From a virus (Duplodnaviria > Caudoviricetes), in IMG/VR virus record IMGVR_UViG_3300030099_003489, positions 1 through 61,494 of that record: 61,494 nucleotides of DNA, one strand, 5' to 3'. The first letter of the stretch is position 1. Each line of letters opens with the position of its first letter. A program made the position numbers and the translations under genes. The notes below the pieces were generated by a model. The model searched no databases. It worked only from the letters and a program-made list of their open reading frames with translations, and was not told the DNA's origin. Positions 31,736-41,010 of the stretch are shown piece after piece.

Positions 31736-34303
31736 TTATTCTGGAAATGGTAAAATAGCAAATCTATCTTTAGTAATGTCTCTCAATTCCTCATCTCCCT
31801 TATTTGTAAGCATATCCTGTTTCTTTCCTGTCCATGCTAACCAAGTTCTCTTTTCATTTACAGGTATCACTCTAAAGTGCATACGAGTCTTGAATTTATC
31901 ACCATCTAAACGATACTCATGATACCCTTCTTTCTGCATTCCAAACTTCAAGTCTCCCTCATCAATTGTAATCCCATCTCCCGTAGTCTTAGCAACTATT
32001 GCAGGATACTTACCAGACTTACCAAACAAGTCGTATATATCTGCTGATTTCTCCAACCTAATAGTCCATGCATTTGTGGAGTCGCCCAACTTGATAATGA
32101 AATCTAAATTACCATCCTCTCTTTTTTTTAGAATGAAAGTTCCCTCATCGGTTTCTTCTTTAATTATTATACCCTCATCGGTTTTGAAAGTCATATTCTT
32201 ACCATCAAAAACTAATCCGTGTTTATCTTGAGATTGTAGGAATTGTAACAATTCATTATCGTTACTCTCAAATATATCCTTAAATGGCTCTTCTAGATTT
32301 ATCTTTACCCAATCGAGTATTTCATTGAAATGCATGGGCTTATTTCCCTTTCTCCTAATGTAATCCATTACTCCAACTCTAAAATCCTCAGTAGCCTTTT
32401 CTAGCATTTCATCTAGTTGGTTCTTCCAGAGTTCAAGGTTGTATAGTGCGTTTTTCTGCATCAACTTATCGCCTTCAAATCCATATATCGTGTATCCTTC
32501 GTAATTGGACTTGAGAATTATTTCTGCCTCTCCATGTATGTTGTCTGTGATATAGAAGGACTTCTTCTCTTCCTTCCTATTTTTGAGTCCACTTCTAACC
32601 TTGAATGCCCTCCCTACATCTCTAGACAGTTCTGGTAGTTCAGTAACCAACGATAGTGATTTCTTTGTTTTCTTAGATAATTTCTCTAATGTTTCTATTT
32701 TGTCCGGTAGTTCTACTTCAGGTATCTCAATAAGTTTCGCAGAATAAAGACTGTAGCCGTCTTTTTTCTTCTTTACCTCATCTACTTTGACTCTGATGAT
32801 TGAACCTACCTGTACCGACTTCTTTGTATTGAGAGCCTTACCTACCACCAGATACTCTTCCCCATCTAGGACAACGGTATTCATTCCCTCCGCATCTTCT
32901 TCCATCAATGGTCCTATTCCCATAGTGTACGAATGCAGATTATTTCCCGTCTTACTCTTATCTAGGACTATTACATCCAAATCAACAAACTTCTTCCATT
33001 TAATCCATTTTGGATTCTTCTTGACTCCACGATAGTATGTGGATTCTATGTCCTTTATCACCACTCCCTCAGAAGCAGGTAGTTCCATTATTGCCTGTGA
33101 GTACTCTTCTACTTCATCAATAGAGTCAGCAATCCTAGTATCCTTTTTGGATGGGAAAGCCAAATCTTCTGATGAATGTTCTGCATATTGGTAGAAAAGT
33201 ATGTTGATTCTTTCTCTGAGAGTGTCCTCTATGATAGATTTGTCATCATGTTTCATTATGTCAAAAACGTGCGCTCTCAAATCACCATCGGTTCCTTTCT
33301 TGAATACGTGCTTGACTGTATCTGCTCTATGAAGAGGCTCACCATCCTTGAACAATAGTAGTTCTGCATCCAATATGCAATTTTGGAATGCCTTGTTCTT
33401 CATCGCCTCGACTTGCTTTGGGCATTTATCTGTGATGTCTTTCTCATTGAAGGAATATATCTTTATCTTGTCCTTTATCTTGTGAATCTGTATTCTCATA
33501 CCATCATACTTCTCTTGTACGATGAACTCTCCACTTAACCCCTTCAATGATTTCATGTCGTCAATCTCAAATATTCTGTACATCGGCTTATTGGGTATTA
33601 GGAAACCTAATTTCTCATCCTCTGATTTTTCTGCCTTAGCAACGTCCAACTGCACTAGATTCTTCCAGTCCTCTCCACCGTATTTCTCATTGAATAGTTC
33701 CTTCAAGTCCCTATACAGAGTCTTGAACTTGGATTTCAATCTCTTAGTGTCTTTGTCATCCCCATAGTGTTCTGAGATGTATAGTGGAATGTCCTTTGGT
33801 TCTAAGTCCAAACCCGGAACTCCCATCGTTATTTCATCGGGTTTGAAACCATGCTTATCCAATAGTTTGTCCGGTAGTGTGTTTGAATGAGAGCGTAGTG
33901 CATAGTGAATGAAGGAAATAAACAAGGAATCATTTTCAAGTAGTGCATCAACTACCTTGTCGTTTCCTATCTGCTTACCAAATGGGTCACTAACCTCATC
34001 TGATTTGAAACGCATCTCTTTGATTGCCTTGTATAATTTCTCAGCCTGTACACTTTCTGGATTCATGGCTTCCTTTTCAAAAGGCAGTTTTTCGTCTATG
34101 TACTTCTTTAGTTCTCTTGCGAAATCATTCAGAGAATCAAATTGCTTCTGTATTGACTTTACCGTTTCTCTCCACTTACTGCCATACTCAGCAGGGTCTT
34201 CCTTTGCGGAAAGATATGAGAATCTAACTTTCTCAAAAAACGTTAGTATACGCTTGGTTAGATGCTTGTCTTTCTTGTCAAACATTAAACCGGAACGTGG
34301 CAT
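31736..34303 (-). CDS. lig: ATP-dependent DNA ligase with N- and C-terminal extensions
   Basis: Motif I QEKYDGMRIQIH, motif III ILDAEL, IIIa VFDIM, IV EGVVIKD, V WIKWKK, then an OB fold. Confidence 0.9.
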   Translation of the reverse strand: MPRSGLMFDKKDKHLTKRILTFFEKVRFSYLSAKEDPAEYGSKWRETVKSIQKQFDSLNDFARELKKYIDEKLPFEKEAMNPESVQAEKLYKAIKEMRFKSDEVSDPFGKQIGNDKVVDALLENDSLFISFIHYALRSHSNTLPDKLLDKHGFKPDEITMGVPGLDLEPKDIPLYISEHYGDDKDTKRLKSKFKTLYRDLKELFNEKYGGEDWKNLVQLDVAKAEKSEDEKLGFLIPNKPMYRIFEIDDMKSLKGLSGEFIVQEKYDGMRIQIHKIKDKIKIYSFNEKDITDKCPKQVEAMKNKAFQNCILDAELLLFKDGEPLHRADTVKHVFKKGTDGDLRAHVFDIMKHDDKSIIEDTLRERINILFYQYAEHSSEDLAFPSKKDTRIADSIDEVEEYSQAIMELPASEGVVIKDIESTYYRGVKKNPKWIKWKKFVDLDVIVLDKSKTGNNLHSYTMGIGPLMEEDAEGMNTVVLDGEEYLVVGKALNTKKSVQVGSIIRVKVDEVKKKKDGYSLYSAKLIEIPEVELPDKIETLEKLSKKTKKSLSLVTELPELSRDVGRAFKVRSGLKNRKEEKKSFYITDNIHGEAEIILKSNYEGYTIYGFEGDKLMQKNALYNLELWKNQLDEMLEKATEDFRVGVMDYIRRKGNKPMHFNEILDWVKINLEEPFKDIFESNDNELLQFLQSQDKHGLVFDGKNMTFKTDEGIIIKEETDEGTFILKKREDGNLDFIIKLGDSTNAWTIRLEKSADIYDLFGKSGKYPAIVAKTTGDGITIDEGDLKFGMQKEGYHEYRLDGDKFKTRMHFRVIPVNEKRTWLAWTGKKQDMLTNKGDEELRDITKDRFAILPFPE

Positions 34304-34312
34304 TCATTTCAC

Positions 34313-34528
34313 TCAGCCTTCGTTAATTTCTCCGGCTTGGGCTTTATTTGCATCTTTGGGAATCTTAGTCTTCTCTTCTTGCGCCTTTGGCCTCTTGACC
34401 TTTACAATCTCAGATTCATCCTTCACCATCATGCCATTATTCTCTCCTAGTTCAACTAGGAGTTCCTTTGCCTTAGCGATAGCCGCTTCTGCTAATTCCA
34501 ACTTTTTTGTGTTCTTTCCATAATCCAT
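34313..34528 (-). CDS. Hypothetical protein
   Basis: 71-aa coupled ORF. Confidence 0.6.
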   Translation of the reverse strand: MDYGKNTKKLELAEAAIAKAKELLVELGENNGMMVKDESEIVKVKRPKAQEEKTKIPKDANKAQAGEINEG

Positions 34529-34532
34529 CTTA

Positions 34533-34763
34533 TCACTTCAAATTTCCAGCCATCTTGTGTATTTCATCCCAAGACATTTCTCCTACGGTATCAGTAGTAA
34601 TGCCACTCGTAGGAGTGTTCTCTATATGTGGCTTTGGGCTTTCATGTACCACAAACCCTGACTTCATCAACAAGTTATCCTTGTTGTATACCGCTTGTTC
34701 TAGATTCTTCACCTTGTCTACTAGTTCCTTTAGTAGAATTAACATTTCATTTTGTTCTGTCAT
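34533..34763 (-). CDS. Small coiled-coil protein ending in scaffold-like MSWDEIHKM
   Basis: C-terminus matches the protease/scaffold C-terminus MSWDDIHRI. Confidence 0.7.
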   Translation of the reverse strand: MTEQNEMLILLKELVDKVKNLEQAVYNKDNLLMKSGFVVHESPKPHIENTPTSGITTDTVGEMSWDEIHKMAGNLK

Positions 34764-34772
34764 CTTATCATC

Positions 34773-34976
34773 TCATTGTAGTAGTACGCTTACTTTTCCT
34801 AGTGCATCGCTAAGTTCTTTCATTTCCTCAGTGGACATTTCATCCAAATCGGTATCTTCCATCTTCATTTCCATGTCTTCTAGTTCCCGAATAACGTTAG
34901 CAATATCCACTTTTAAGTGACTTCTAGCGCGTTCTCTGGTTCCATCATATTCTTTCAAAATACCTTCCCAAGTCAT
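34773..34976 (-). CDS. W-tag small protein (MTWEGILK)
   Basis: Start reassigned to ATG 34976 after GTGATAAG. Confidence 0.65.
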   Translation of the reverse strand: MTWEGILKEYDGTRERARSHLKVDIANVIRELEDMEMKMEDTDLDEMSTEEMKELSDALGKVSVLLQ

Positions 34977-34980
34977 CTTA

Positions 34981-35157
34981 TCACTCATATTCAAACCTCT
35001 TGTTTAACGCATCTTTTCTTCTGTCACAGCCACAGTCTTTACCTGTCTTTTCTGAGATATAATCAACTGCCTTCTTTATCCCTGTAGCAGTAGTAATTCT
35101 CTCGATGGTATCTCCTAAGCCTTTGTCGTCTTTTAGAAGTGCATCTTTCCAACTCAT
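34981..35157 (-). CDS. W-tag small protein, 58 aa (not in ORF track)
   Basis: MSWKDALLKDDKGLGDTIERITTATGIKKAV...KDCGCDRRKDALNKRFEYE; ATGA overlap with upstream gene. Confidence 0.75.
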   Translation of the reverse strand: MSWKDALLKDDKGLGDTIERITTATGIKKAVDYISEKTGKDCGCDRRKDALNKRFEYE

Positions 35158-35474
35158 TTCTTTTCCACCTTCTTTTGCTTAGGATAAATTAGTTTTCTCA
35201 TTTGTTCGTACAATACTTCGTAGTCCTTACGCACCTCTGCGGCAGATGCAAGTATTTCTAGGTTCTTCTCTTCAAAGACTTCTATCTTCTTCTGTAGTCT
35301 TTCATCCTTTTTCATATCCAGACTCTTGAATTCATCCAATAGTGAAGATAACTTAGTCATGTCCTGCCCAAAGAACTCAGAGGGTTGTGATGCCTGTAGT
35401 AGTTTTTTTAATCTCTTTCTCTTCTTGGAATCAACCTTTTCCAAAACCGAAGACTTGAGAATTTCCTGCCACAT
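35154..35474 (-). CDS. W-tag protein (MWQEILKS)
   Basis: 106-aa helical ORF. Confidence 0.7.
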   Translation of the reverse strand: MWQEILKSSVLEKVDSKKRKRLKKLLQASQPSEFFGQDMTKLSSLLDEFKSLDMKKDERLQKKIEVFEEKNLEILASAAEVRKDYEVLYEQMRKLIYPKQKKVEKK

Positions 35475-35478
35475 AATA

Positions 35479-35736
35479 TCACTTCAATGCGTTACTTAGC
35501 ATACCAATAGCACCCAAAACATCGTCTAACGGACTATATCCGTATCCAACGTTAGTTTCTGTTGTTGATTTAATCCCTTCGGATTTCATCTCCTGTAAAA
35601 TAGACTCTAGACCTCTTAATGCGGTTTCTATTTTCTTTAGTAAATCTGGAGATAATGGAGCCGCTTGACCTGCTTCACGCATAGCCGCAAAGTTCGGGTC
35701 ACTTTCTATCTTAGGCGGTACTCTCTGCTTAGTCAT
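35479..35736 (-). CDS. Hypothetical protein
   Basis: 85-aa coupled ORF. Confidence 0.6.
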   Translation of the reverse strand: MTKQRVPPKIESDPNFAAMREAGQAAPLSPDLLKKIETALRGLESILQEMKSEGIKSTTETNVGYGYSPLDDVLGAIGMLSNALK

Positions 35737-37502
35737 GTTTCTGTGCCTCGTTGTCTACTTTGCCAATTTTCTGGGTTTTCCAAAATAGTCCTAACTCTTT
35801 CAGATAACAAACCAGCAAATGAGTCTTCTAAATCAGCGTATGACATGTTATTCTGCCTCAAAATACTCGGAGAAACTTGTATATGATTTGACGGTTCTAG
35901 GTTCTCATTGATGTATTTTGCAATATATGCTAGTTTACCATAGAAATCTCCGACTTTCTGTAACGACTCATCTGCCATGTCCTTGCCTTCTTGAGTGATT
36001 TTGTTTTGTTGCACATCTCTATCAGTAGGCATCACATCTTTCTTGTTTCTATATGTCTTCTCAGTTAGGAATAGTAGTTGTTGTATATGTCTATGTGAAT
36101 CTGCACCAGTAATGTAATTTACATCATCATCCGGGTCATTACTTTCTAGAATTCTCTCTAATTCTATCATGTCCCTCTCCAATTTAGGAACCTCACTTCT
36201 TGCAGAGCGTATTCTCTCAAATGTGTCTGTCATCGGTTCTCTGACCTTTTGAGGCAACATGATGTCCTTTTCCCTTAGTATAGTTCTCAATATCTGCCAA
36301 CCGTTCTGCCCATTGGAGTATGTGTCTAACAATACCTTCCTATCCTTTTTGTCTAGTTTGATTCCTTTGAAAACAGGAATTCTGTTTCCTTCGCTGTCCA
36401 TAGCGGGACTATCACCATATTCCGTCTTTCTCTTTACTGCATTCAGATATTGTTCCTTCTTGCTTCCCCTGAAATACTTCCTTATCAATATCTTCCAAAC
36501 GGTCTGGTAACTTTGTCCTGTGGCCTTTGTCTCCAGAAGTGTTCTCATCAAACTAGGTCCATCTCTTTGTTGCAAGGTGCGAGAATCTTCCATCTCACCG
36601 GATTCTGTTCGGTCTATACTATAGATTACCTTACCAAATATCTGTTGTGCCTTCTTCAATTTCTCCAGTTCTTCTTTTAATTTAGGTAGGATTCTCTCTC
36701 TTCCCTGTACCTCTATTCCTTGAAACATAGGAGACTGATAGGTTTTAATTCGCTCTTGAGTATCTCTTATCTTATCCTGTATCTCACGATTTAGTGGCCT
36801 TTGTAATCGCCTAACAGTATCCCACTTTGTGACAGTTTGACTAAGAGTATCATTTAATCTAAAATCTAGCATTGTTCTTCTTGCTTGTTTCAACTCGTTT
36901 TTTTGACTCTCGGTAACTTTGCTTTCTAGCATATCATACAGGCTCATTTCCTGTCCATCTTCTTCTGGTTCTTGCTCTGGTCTTTCTCTAGGTTGACTAG
37001 GAGGATTCATTTCTTGTATTGTTTCTAACTGTTTTATTGCATCTCTCACCGCTAACAGATTAGCATACTTTTGTTTTTGTGTTTTGCTTAACTTACCACT
37101 AGATATTTTTTCCTCGTAGAATGCATCTGGTTTTCTGAATCTAGATACTTCCTTCTTGTAATAATCTAGTCTTTTTTCAACTAATGCTAATACTCTTTCT
37201 AATGGTACTGACGTTGAGACTCTTTCTTTAGTTCCTAAAGGTTTAGTTCGTAGTCTTGTCGAAGATGACATTGGGGTTTCAAAAAACTCCTCCCTCTTCT
37301 TATCATAGAATTTCTGTTCTTCTTTTGTTCTCTTTTTACTGGGAACCCTTGTTATCTTTGGCTTTGGATTTTCTTTCTCTTTTTCTTCCTTTGTTCTCTT
37401 GACGTATTCTTCACTACGCTTTCTTCGTCCCTCCAAATACTCGTCAAGTTCCTTGTACTTGAGGATATCAAAGAAGGAGTCCTCTAAAACCATGTATCTC
37501 AC
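35733..37502 (-). CDS. Large charged hypothetical protein (FFDILK near N-terminus)
   Basis: 589-aa K/E/R-rich helical ORF. Confidence 0.7.
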   Translation of the reverse strand: MRYMVLEDSFFDILKYKELDEYLEGRRKRSEEYVKRTKEEKEKENPKPKITRVPSKKRTKEEQKFYDKKREEFFETPMSSSTRLRTKPLGTKERVSTSVPLERVLALVEKRLDYYKKEVSRFRKPDAFYEEKISSGKLSKTQKQKYANLLAVRDAIKQLETIQEMNPPSQPRERPEQEPEEDGQEMSLYDMLESKVTESQKNELKQARRTMLDFRLNDTLSQTVTKWDTVRRLQRPLNREIQDKIRDTQERIKTYQSPMFQGIEVQGRERILPKLKEELEKLKKAQQIFGKVIYSIDRTESGEMEDSRTLQQRDGPSLMRTLLETKATGQSYQTVWKILIRKYFRGSKKEQYLNAVKRKTEYGDSPAMDSEGNRIPVFKGIKLDKKDRKVLLDTYSNGQNGWQILRTILREKDIMLPQKVREPMTDTFERIRSARSEVPKLERDMIELERILESNDPDDDVNYITGADSHRHIQQLLFLTEKTYRNKKDVMPTDRDVQQNKITQEGKDMADESLQKVGDFYGKLAYIAKYINENLEPSNHIQVSPSILRQNNMSYADLEDSFAGLLSERVRTILENPENWQSRQRGTET

Positions 37503-37727
37503 TTAATAAAACGGTATATTTTCTCGATTGCCCTTTTTCTTTCTTGGGTTTATTCCAACGTTAGGGACTTCTTTGGGTGCTACTCTCTTTTCCTCGGTCT
37601 TCTGTGGAACTCCAATTGCAAAGTCCTTGCTAACTGTAATGTTAGAGTTATTTGCCCGTCTTTCTTCCATTCTTGCTTTATTGAGTTCTGCTCTCAATTC
37701 TTTTACTCCTCTCTTTTCTTCACTCAT
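37503..37727 (-). CDS. Basic hypothetical protein
   Basis: 74-aa coupled ORF. Confidence 0.6.
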   Translation of the reverse strand: MSEEKRGVKELRAELNKARMEERRANNSNITVSKDFAIGVPQKTEEKRVAPKEVPNVGINPRKKKGNRENIPFY

Positions 37728-37839
37728 CTTTTTTCCTCCTTAGTTCTTGGAAATCCTTTGCGTCAATGTCTCCATCATCATCCACATCAAGATTTTTCTT
37801 TTGCTTTTCTGTCAACTTCAATATTTTTTGCCATTCCAT
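37720..37839 (-). CDS. W-tag micro-protein with EF-hand-like loop, 39 aa (not in ORF track)
   Basis: MEWQKILKLTEKQKKNLDVDDDGDIDAKDFQELRRKKDE; GGAGGAAGG upstream. Confidence 0.7.
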   Translation of the reverse strand: MEWQKILKLTEKQKKNLDVDDDGDIDAKDFQELRRKKDE

Positions 37840-37940
37840 ATTCCTTCCTCCACGAATAATCTGATTCTCTCATCTGTCTCTGCATTCAATTTGTCAATCT
37901 CTTCTTTCCATTTCCTTGCTATCTCAAGCAGTCTGCTCAA
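37818..37940 (-). CDS. Micro-protein, 40 aa (not in ORF track)
   Basis: TTG start overlaps the portal stop; MSRLLEIARKWKEEIDKL... Confidence 0.45.
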   Translation of the reverse strand: MSRLLEIARKWKEEIDKLNAETDERIRLFVEEGIWNGKKY

Positions 37941-39643
37941 CCAACCCGCCTCTCAGTTCTTCTGTCCACATTCTCATTTCCTGCTTCTCTTGGTAATCCT
38001 GTAAGTCTTTTATCTGGACCAACACTCATACTTGGTTTGGCTCTAGCGGCAGGTGGGTTTTCTTGAGGTTTTCCTTCACCCTCTCCTTTTACCTTAGCAG
38101 GTAGTCCCTCTTCCTCTAGAGTTGTATTTCTCTGTCCTGCCTCCATCATTTCTCCTAATCTAGATTGGTCTATGTTCGTACCTGCGTATGGGTCTGGTTT
38201 GAAATCTCCACCTCCACCTGCATCGGAACCCATTGCACCCTGTGCCTTACCTTCTCCTTCTGGTCTTTCCTTTGTAAAGATGAATCTACCCTCATCATCC
38301 ATATCTACCTCAAACCCTAGATTCTTTATTTGTCCTGCAATACCCACTTCGATTTCTCTCAGTCTCTTCTCAGCAACTTGGTCTTCTTCTTCTGATGGTG
38401 GTAGTTGTAGTTCCCAATCTGTTATTCCGAATTGCTCTGTGACAAATGGAAACACGTAATTATTCCAGATGGTCTGTGCCATTTCTACTGCTCTGTTTGT
38501 AACTAGAATCTGTAGTCCTTCGTTGTTTAACCCACCACTAGTGGATGGGTCATTCTGGAATATCTTACTAACACCATAGAATGCAGAAATCCTGTCTCTC
38601 AGGTCTTCCTTGACTGCAATGTAATCCATTTCCTTGATGCTATCCATGAAGTTGACCCACTCAACTGAACCTTTTCCTCCTTCTGCTTCTATACCCATTA
38701 CAGGAATGAAGTGTGGGTCTTGCTCCATTTTCTCCTTGACGCTACGCCAAAATGATTTCATCGAATCCATATTTCTAGTTTGAACCGCAAGCAATCCTCT
38801 AGGCATACGTGCTTTGGTGTATGATGAATTGACGTAGTTCTCCATTGCAATTAGAGTAGTAATGTGATTCCACAGTGTTAGAACAGGAGATTGCCCATAG
38901 AGCCTACTTGGTGAGTACTTGCTGAAATGCAATACTTCTCCCTTGATGAAATATTGGTCATCTCCCTTTGCTCTATTGACATAATGAACAGGATGTAGTC
39001 TGCCTTGACATTCTTCACACATGCCACCTGCTTCTTCGGAGAAATAGTTTCTGTGTCTGAGACAAGTGTATCCATTAACACCCTTCTGTCCCAACTCATC
39101 AGCAAAGATATGCATAGTTACAGGGTCGCCTCTGTATATCTCCTTGATTCGATGCATCTTGATTTCACTATCACTATCCATGAAGTATTCCTTGACTAAA
39201 ACGAGATAAGCATCATCCATGATGTTCAAGTCATCCTCTAGTTCCTTCAATACGTCTATGAATAACTGCTCGGATTTGTTTACGTACCTCTCCATGAACT
39301 TATGAGCGTAAGTCAATTGTTTCGGGTCCGGTTTCTTTAGATTAGTTGAGCCACAGTCAATACATTGCTTAGTAGCACTTTTGTGTTCCTTACCACAGTC
39401 TGCACATTTGACCGTGAATTTCTCTTCCCACACGTAACCTCTTCTGAATATCTCATTCTTCAACTGCGTAATACAAGTTCTCAGAATTACGGACTGAGTT
39501 GACATATGAAACAGAATCGGAGCCGTAATCATATAGTTCGTGCTTCTTTCCTGTATTCCGGGATTGTACACGTTTCTGTCTACAGGTTTAGGAGTTGTTC
39601 TCCTAAACAGGTTAGTTATGCTAAATCGTCTTTTTTCTACCAT
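37937..39643 (-). CDS. Portal protein
   Basis: EVLHF..YSPSRLYGQSPV, MPRGLL, MDYIAVKEDLRDRISAFYGVS portal motifs; two Cys-rich insertions. Confidence 0.9.
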   Translation of the reverse strand: MVEKRRFSITNLFRRTTPKPVDRNVYNPGIQERSTNYMITAPILFHMSTQSVILRTCITQLKNEIFRRGYVWEEKFTVKCADCGKEHKSATKQCIDCGSTNLKKPDPKQLTYAHKFMERYVNKSEQLFIDVLKELEDDLNIMDDAYLVLVKEYFMDSDSEIKMHRIKEIYRGDPVTMHIFADELGQKGVNGYTCLRHRNYFSEEAGGMCEECQGRLHPVHYVNRAKGDDQYFIKGEVLHFSKYSPSRLYGQSPVLTLWNHITTLIAMENYVNSSYTKARMPRGLLAVQTRNMDSMKSFWRSVKEKMEQDPHFIPVMGIEAEGGKGSVEWVNFMDSIKEMDYIAVKEDLRDRISAFYGVSKIFQNDPSTSGGLNNEGLQILVTNRAVEMAQTIWNNYVFPFVTEQFGITDWELQLPPSEEEDQVAEKRLREIEVGIAGQIKNLGFEVDMDDEGRFIFTKERPEGEGKAQGAMGSDAGGGGDFKPDPYAGTNIDQSRLGEMMEAGQRNTTLEEEGLPAKVKGEGEGKPQENPPAARAKPSMSVGPDKRLTGLPREAGNENVDRRTERRVG

Positions 39644-41010
39644 TATGCTATCACACCTTCAAGTCTATCCATTTCTACCATCTTGGAATTCCCATGCAAT
39701 TTTGCAACGGTGTCAATGTTAATGTCATATTGTGAAAAGTCGTATCCCACATGGTCCTTGTGGTTTTCGTATTTCATCAATTTGAATAGTTCGTCCTTTC
39801 TCTGGTCATACCACTCTGCCTTCTTATGGGATTTCTTCATTCGTATGAGTTCTAGAAGAATCTCAGCATTTGCCTTCTTCATCTTGAAGTGAGGTAAGCA
39901 CTTTGTTAGTAGTTCCTTTACGTCATCCATAGCATAGAAGTTCAATCTGTTTACTGGTCTTGTGTCCTGTGGTGATTTCTGGTCTAAATGCAGTCTGCCT
40001 ACTCCAAGAGACTTATGCATCTCCGTCATGAATGCCTTTCCTCTATCTCCAGTAGCAACAAGACCAACTCTAGGATTGTAGTTCTTGTCCATTGTGATGT
40101 ATCCGTCTGAGTCAATGAATGCGGCAGTATAGGCATAGATATCTTTCTTTATTTCATCGCTAAATTTGTACAATTGTCCTCTAACATTCGTGATGTTTTG
40201 ACTAGTAGCCATTTTGGATATGATAGTGGGTGATGTTTTCTTTTGTAGGGGTCTGGGTAGTCTGTCATGTATCTGCCTGACTGAGATACCGGGGTCATCA
40301 CAAACGTAAGTGAGAATCTGTTTCTTAATCTCATCTTTCTCAGACCAGTTAGCAAGATATTTCTTCTGATTCTTGAGTATTTTCTTGAATTCCTTCTTAG
40401 CCGATGTCATTTCCTTCGTCAATACACTATGGTCATATCCATATCTCAAACCACTACGGTCAATCTTGGCTTCCCAATACTTACAAAGAGTATCTATCAC
40501 TTCTCTCCGAGTATCTTCATCATCTATCTTAGATAGAGAGAGTAAGTTATCCTCTGAGCAAACCATGTCTTGCACTATTGGCTTGTACTTCTTGACCCAA
40601 TATATTTCATCAATGCTCTTACTCAAATGGTCACTGTATGCGTCAATGAGATTGTCAATTGACTGTGTAAATTCTACTTTTGTGTCACCTTTTAGAGTTC
40701 TTCTGTGGTATCTGAGGTCTTTCACGATATCTGGAATTGACTTGTCCTGTATCGTGTACTTAACCAACGGACTCTCTAAGGCTTTACGAGCCTCAGAGAG
40801 AGAAACCTTGTTTTCTCTAGCATAGTTTTTCTCGATGTCAAAATGACTACTGAGTGGTTGTTCTCCTAACCAATTTAAAATCATTAAATCCTTAGCCTTT
40901 TGTTGAGCCTTTTCTTTTTCATTATCAAACTCTTCAGCATTTTCTGCCAAATCACCGTACCTTTCTGATAAATCTCTAAGTTCATCGGCTTTTGACATTT
41001 TCATCACCAA
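39643..41010 (-). CDS. Single-motif LAGLIDADG endonuclease-like protein with long N-terminal extension
   Basis: YTAAFIDSDGYI motif, then ...LGVGRL...LLTKCLPHFKMKK; preceded by a wHTH-like segment (ILTYVCDDPGISVRQIHDRL). Confidence 0.8.
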   Translation of the reverse strand: MVMKMSKADELRDLSERYGDLAENAEEFDNEKEKAQQKAKDLMILNWLGEQPLSSHFDIEKNYARENKVSLSEARKALESPLVKYTIQDKSIPDIVKDLRYHRRTLKGDTKVEFTQSIDNLIDAYSDHLSKSIDEIYWVKKYKPIVQDMVCSEDNLLSLSKIDDEDTRREVIDTLCKYWEAKIDRSGLRYGYDHSVLTKEMTSAKKEFKKILKNQKKYLANWSEKDEIKKQILTYVCDDPGISVRQIHDRLPRPLQKKTSPTIISKMATSQNITNVRGQLYKFSDEIKKDIYAYTAAFIDSDGYITMDKNYNPRVGLVATGDRGKAFMTEMHKSLGVGRLHLDQKSPQDTRPVNRLNFYAMDDVKELLTKCLPHFKMKKANAEILLELIRMKKSHKKAEWYDQRKDELFKLMKYENHKDHVGYDFSQYDINIDTVAKLHGNSKMVEMDRLEGVIA

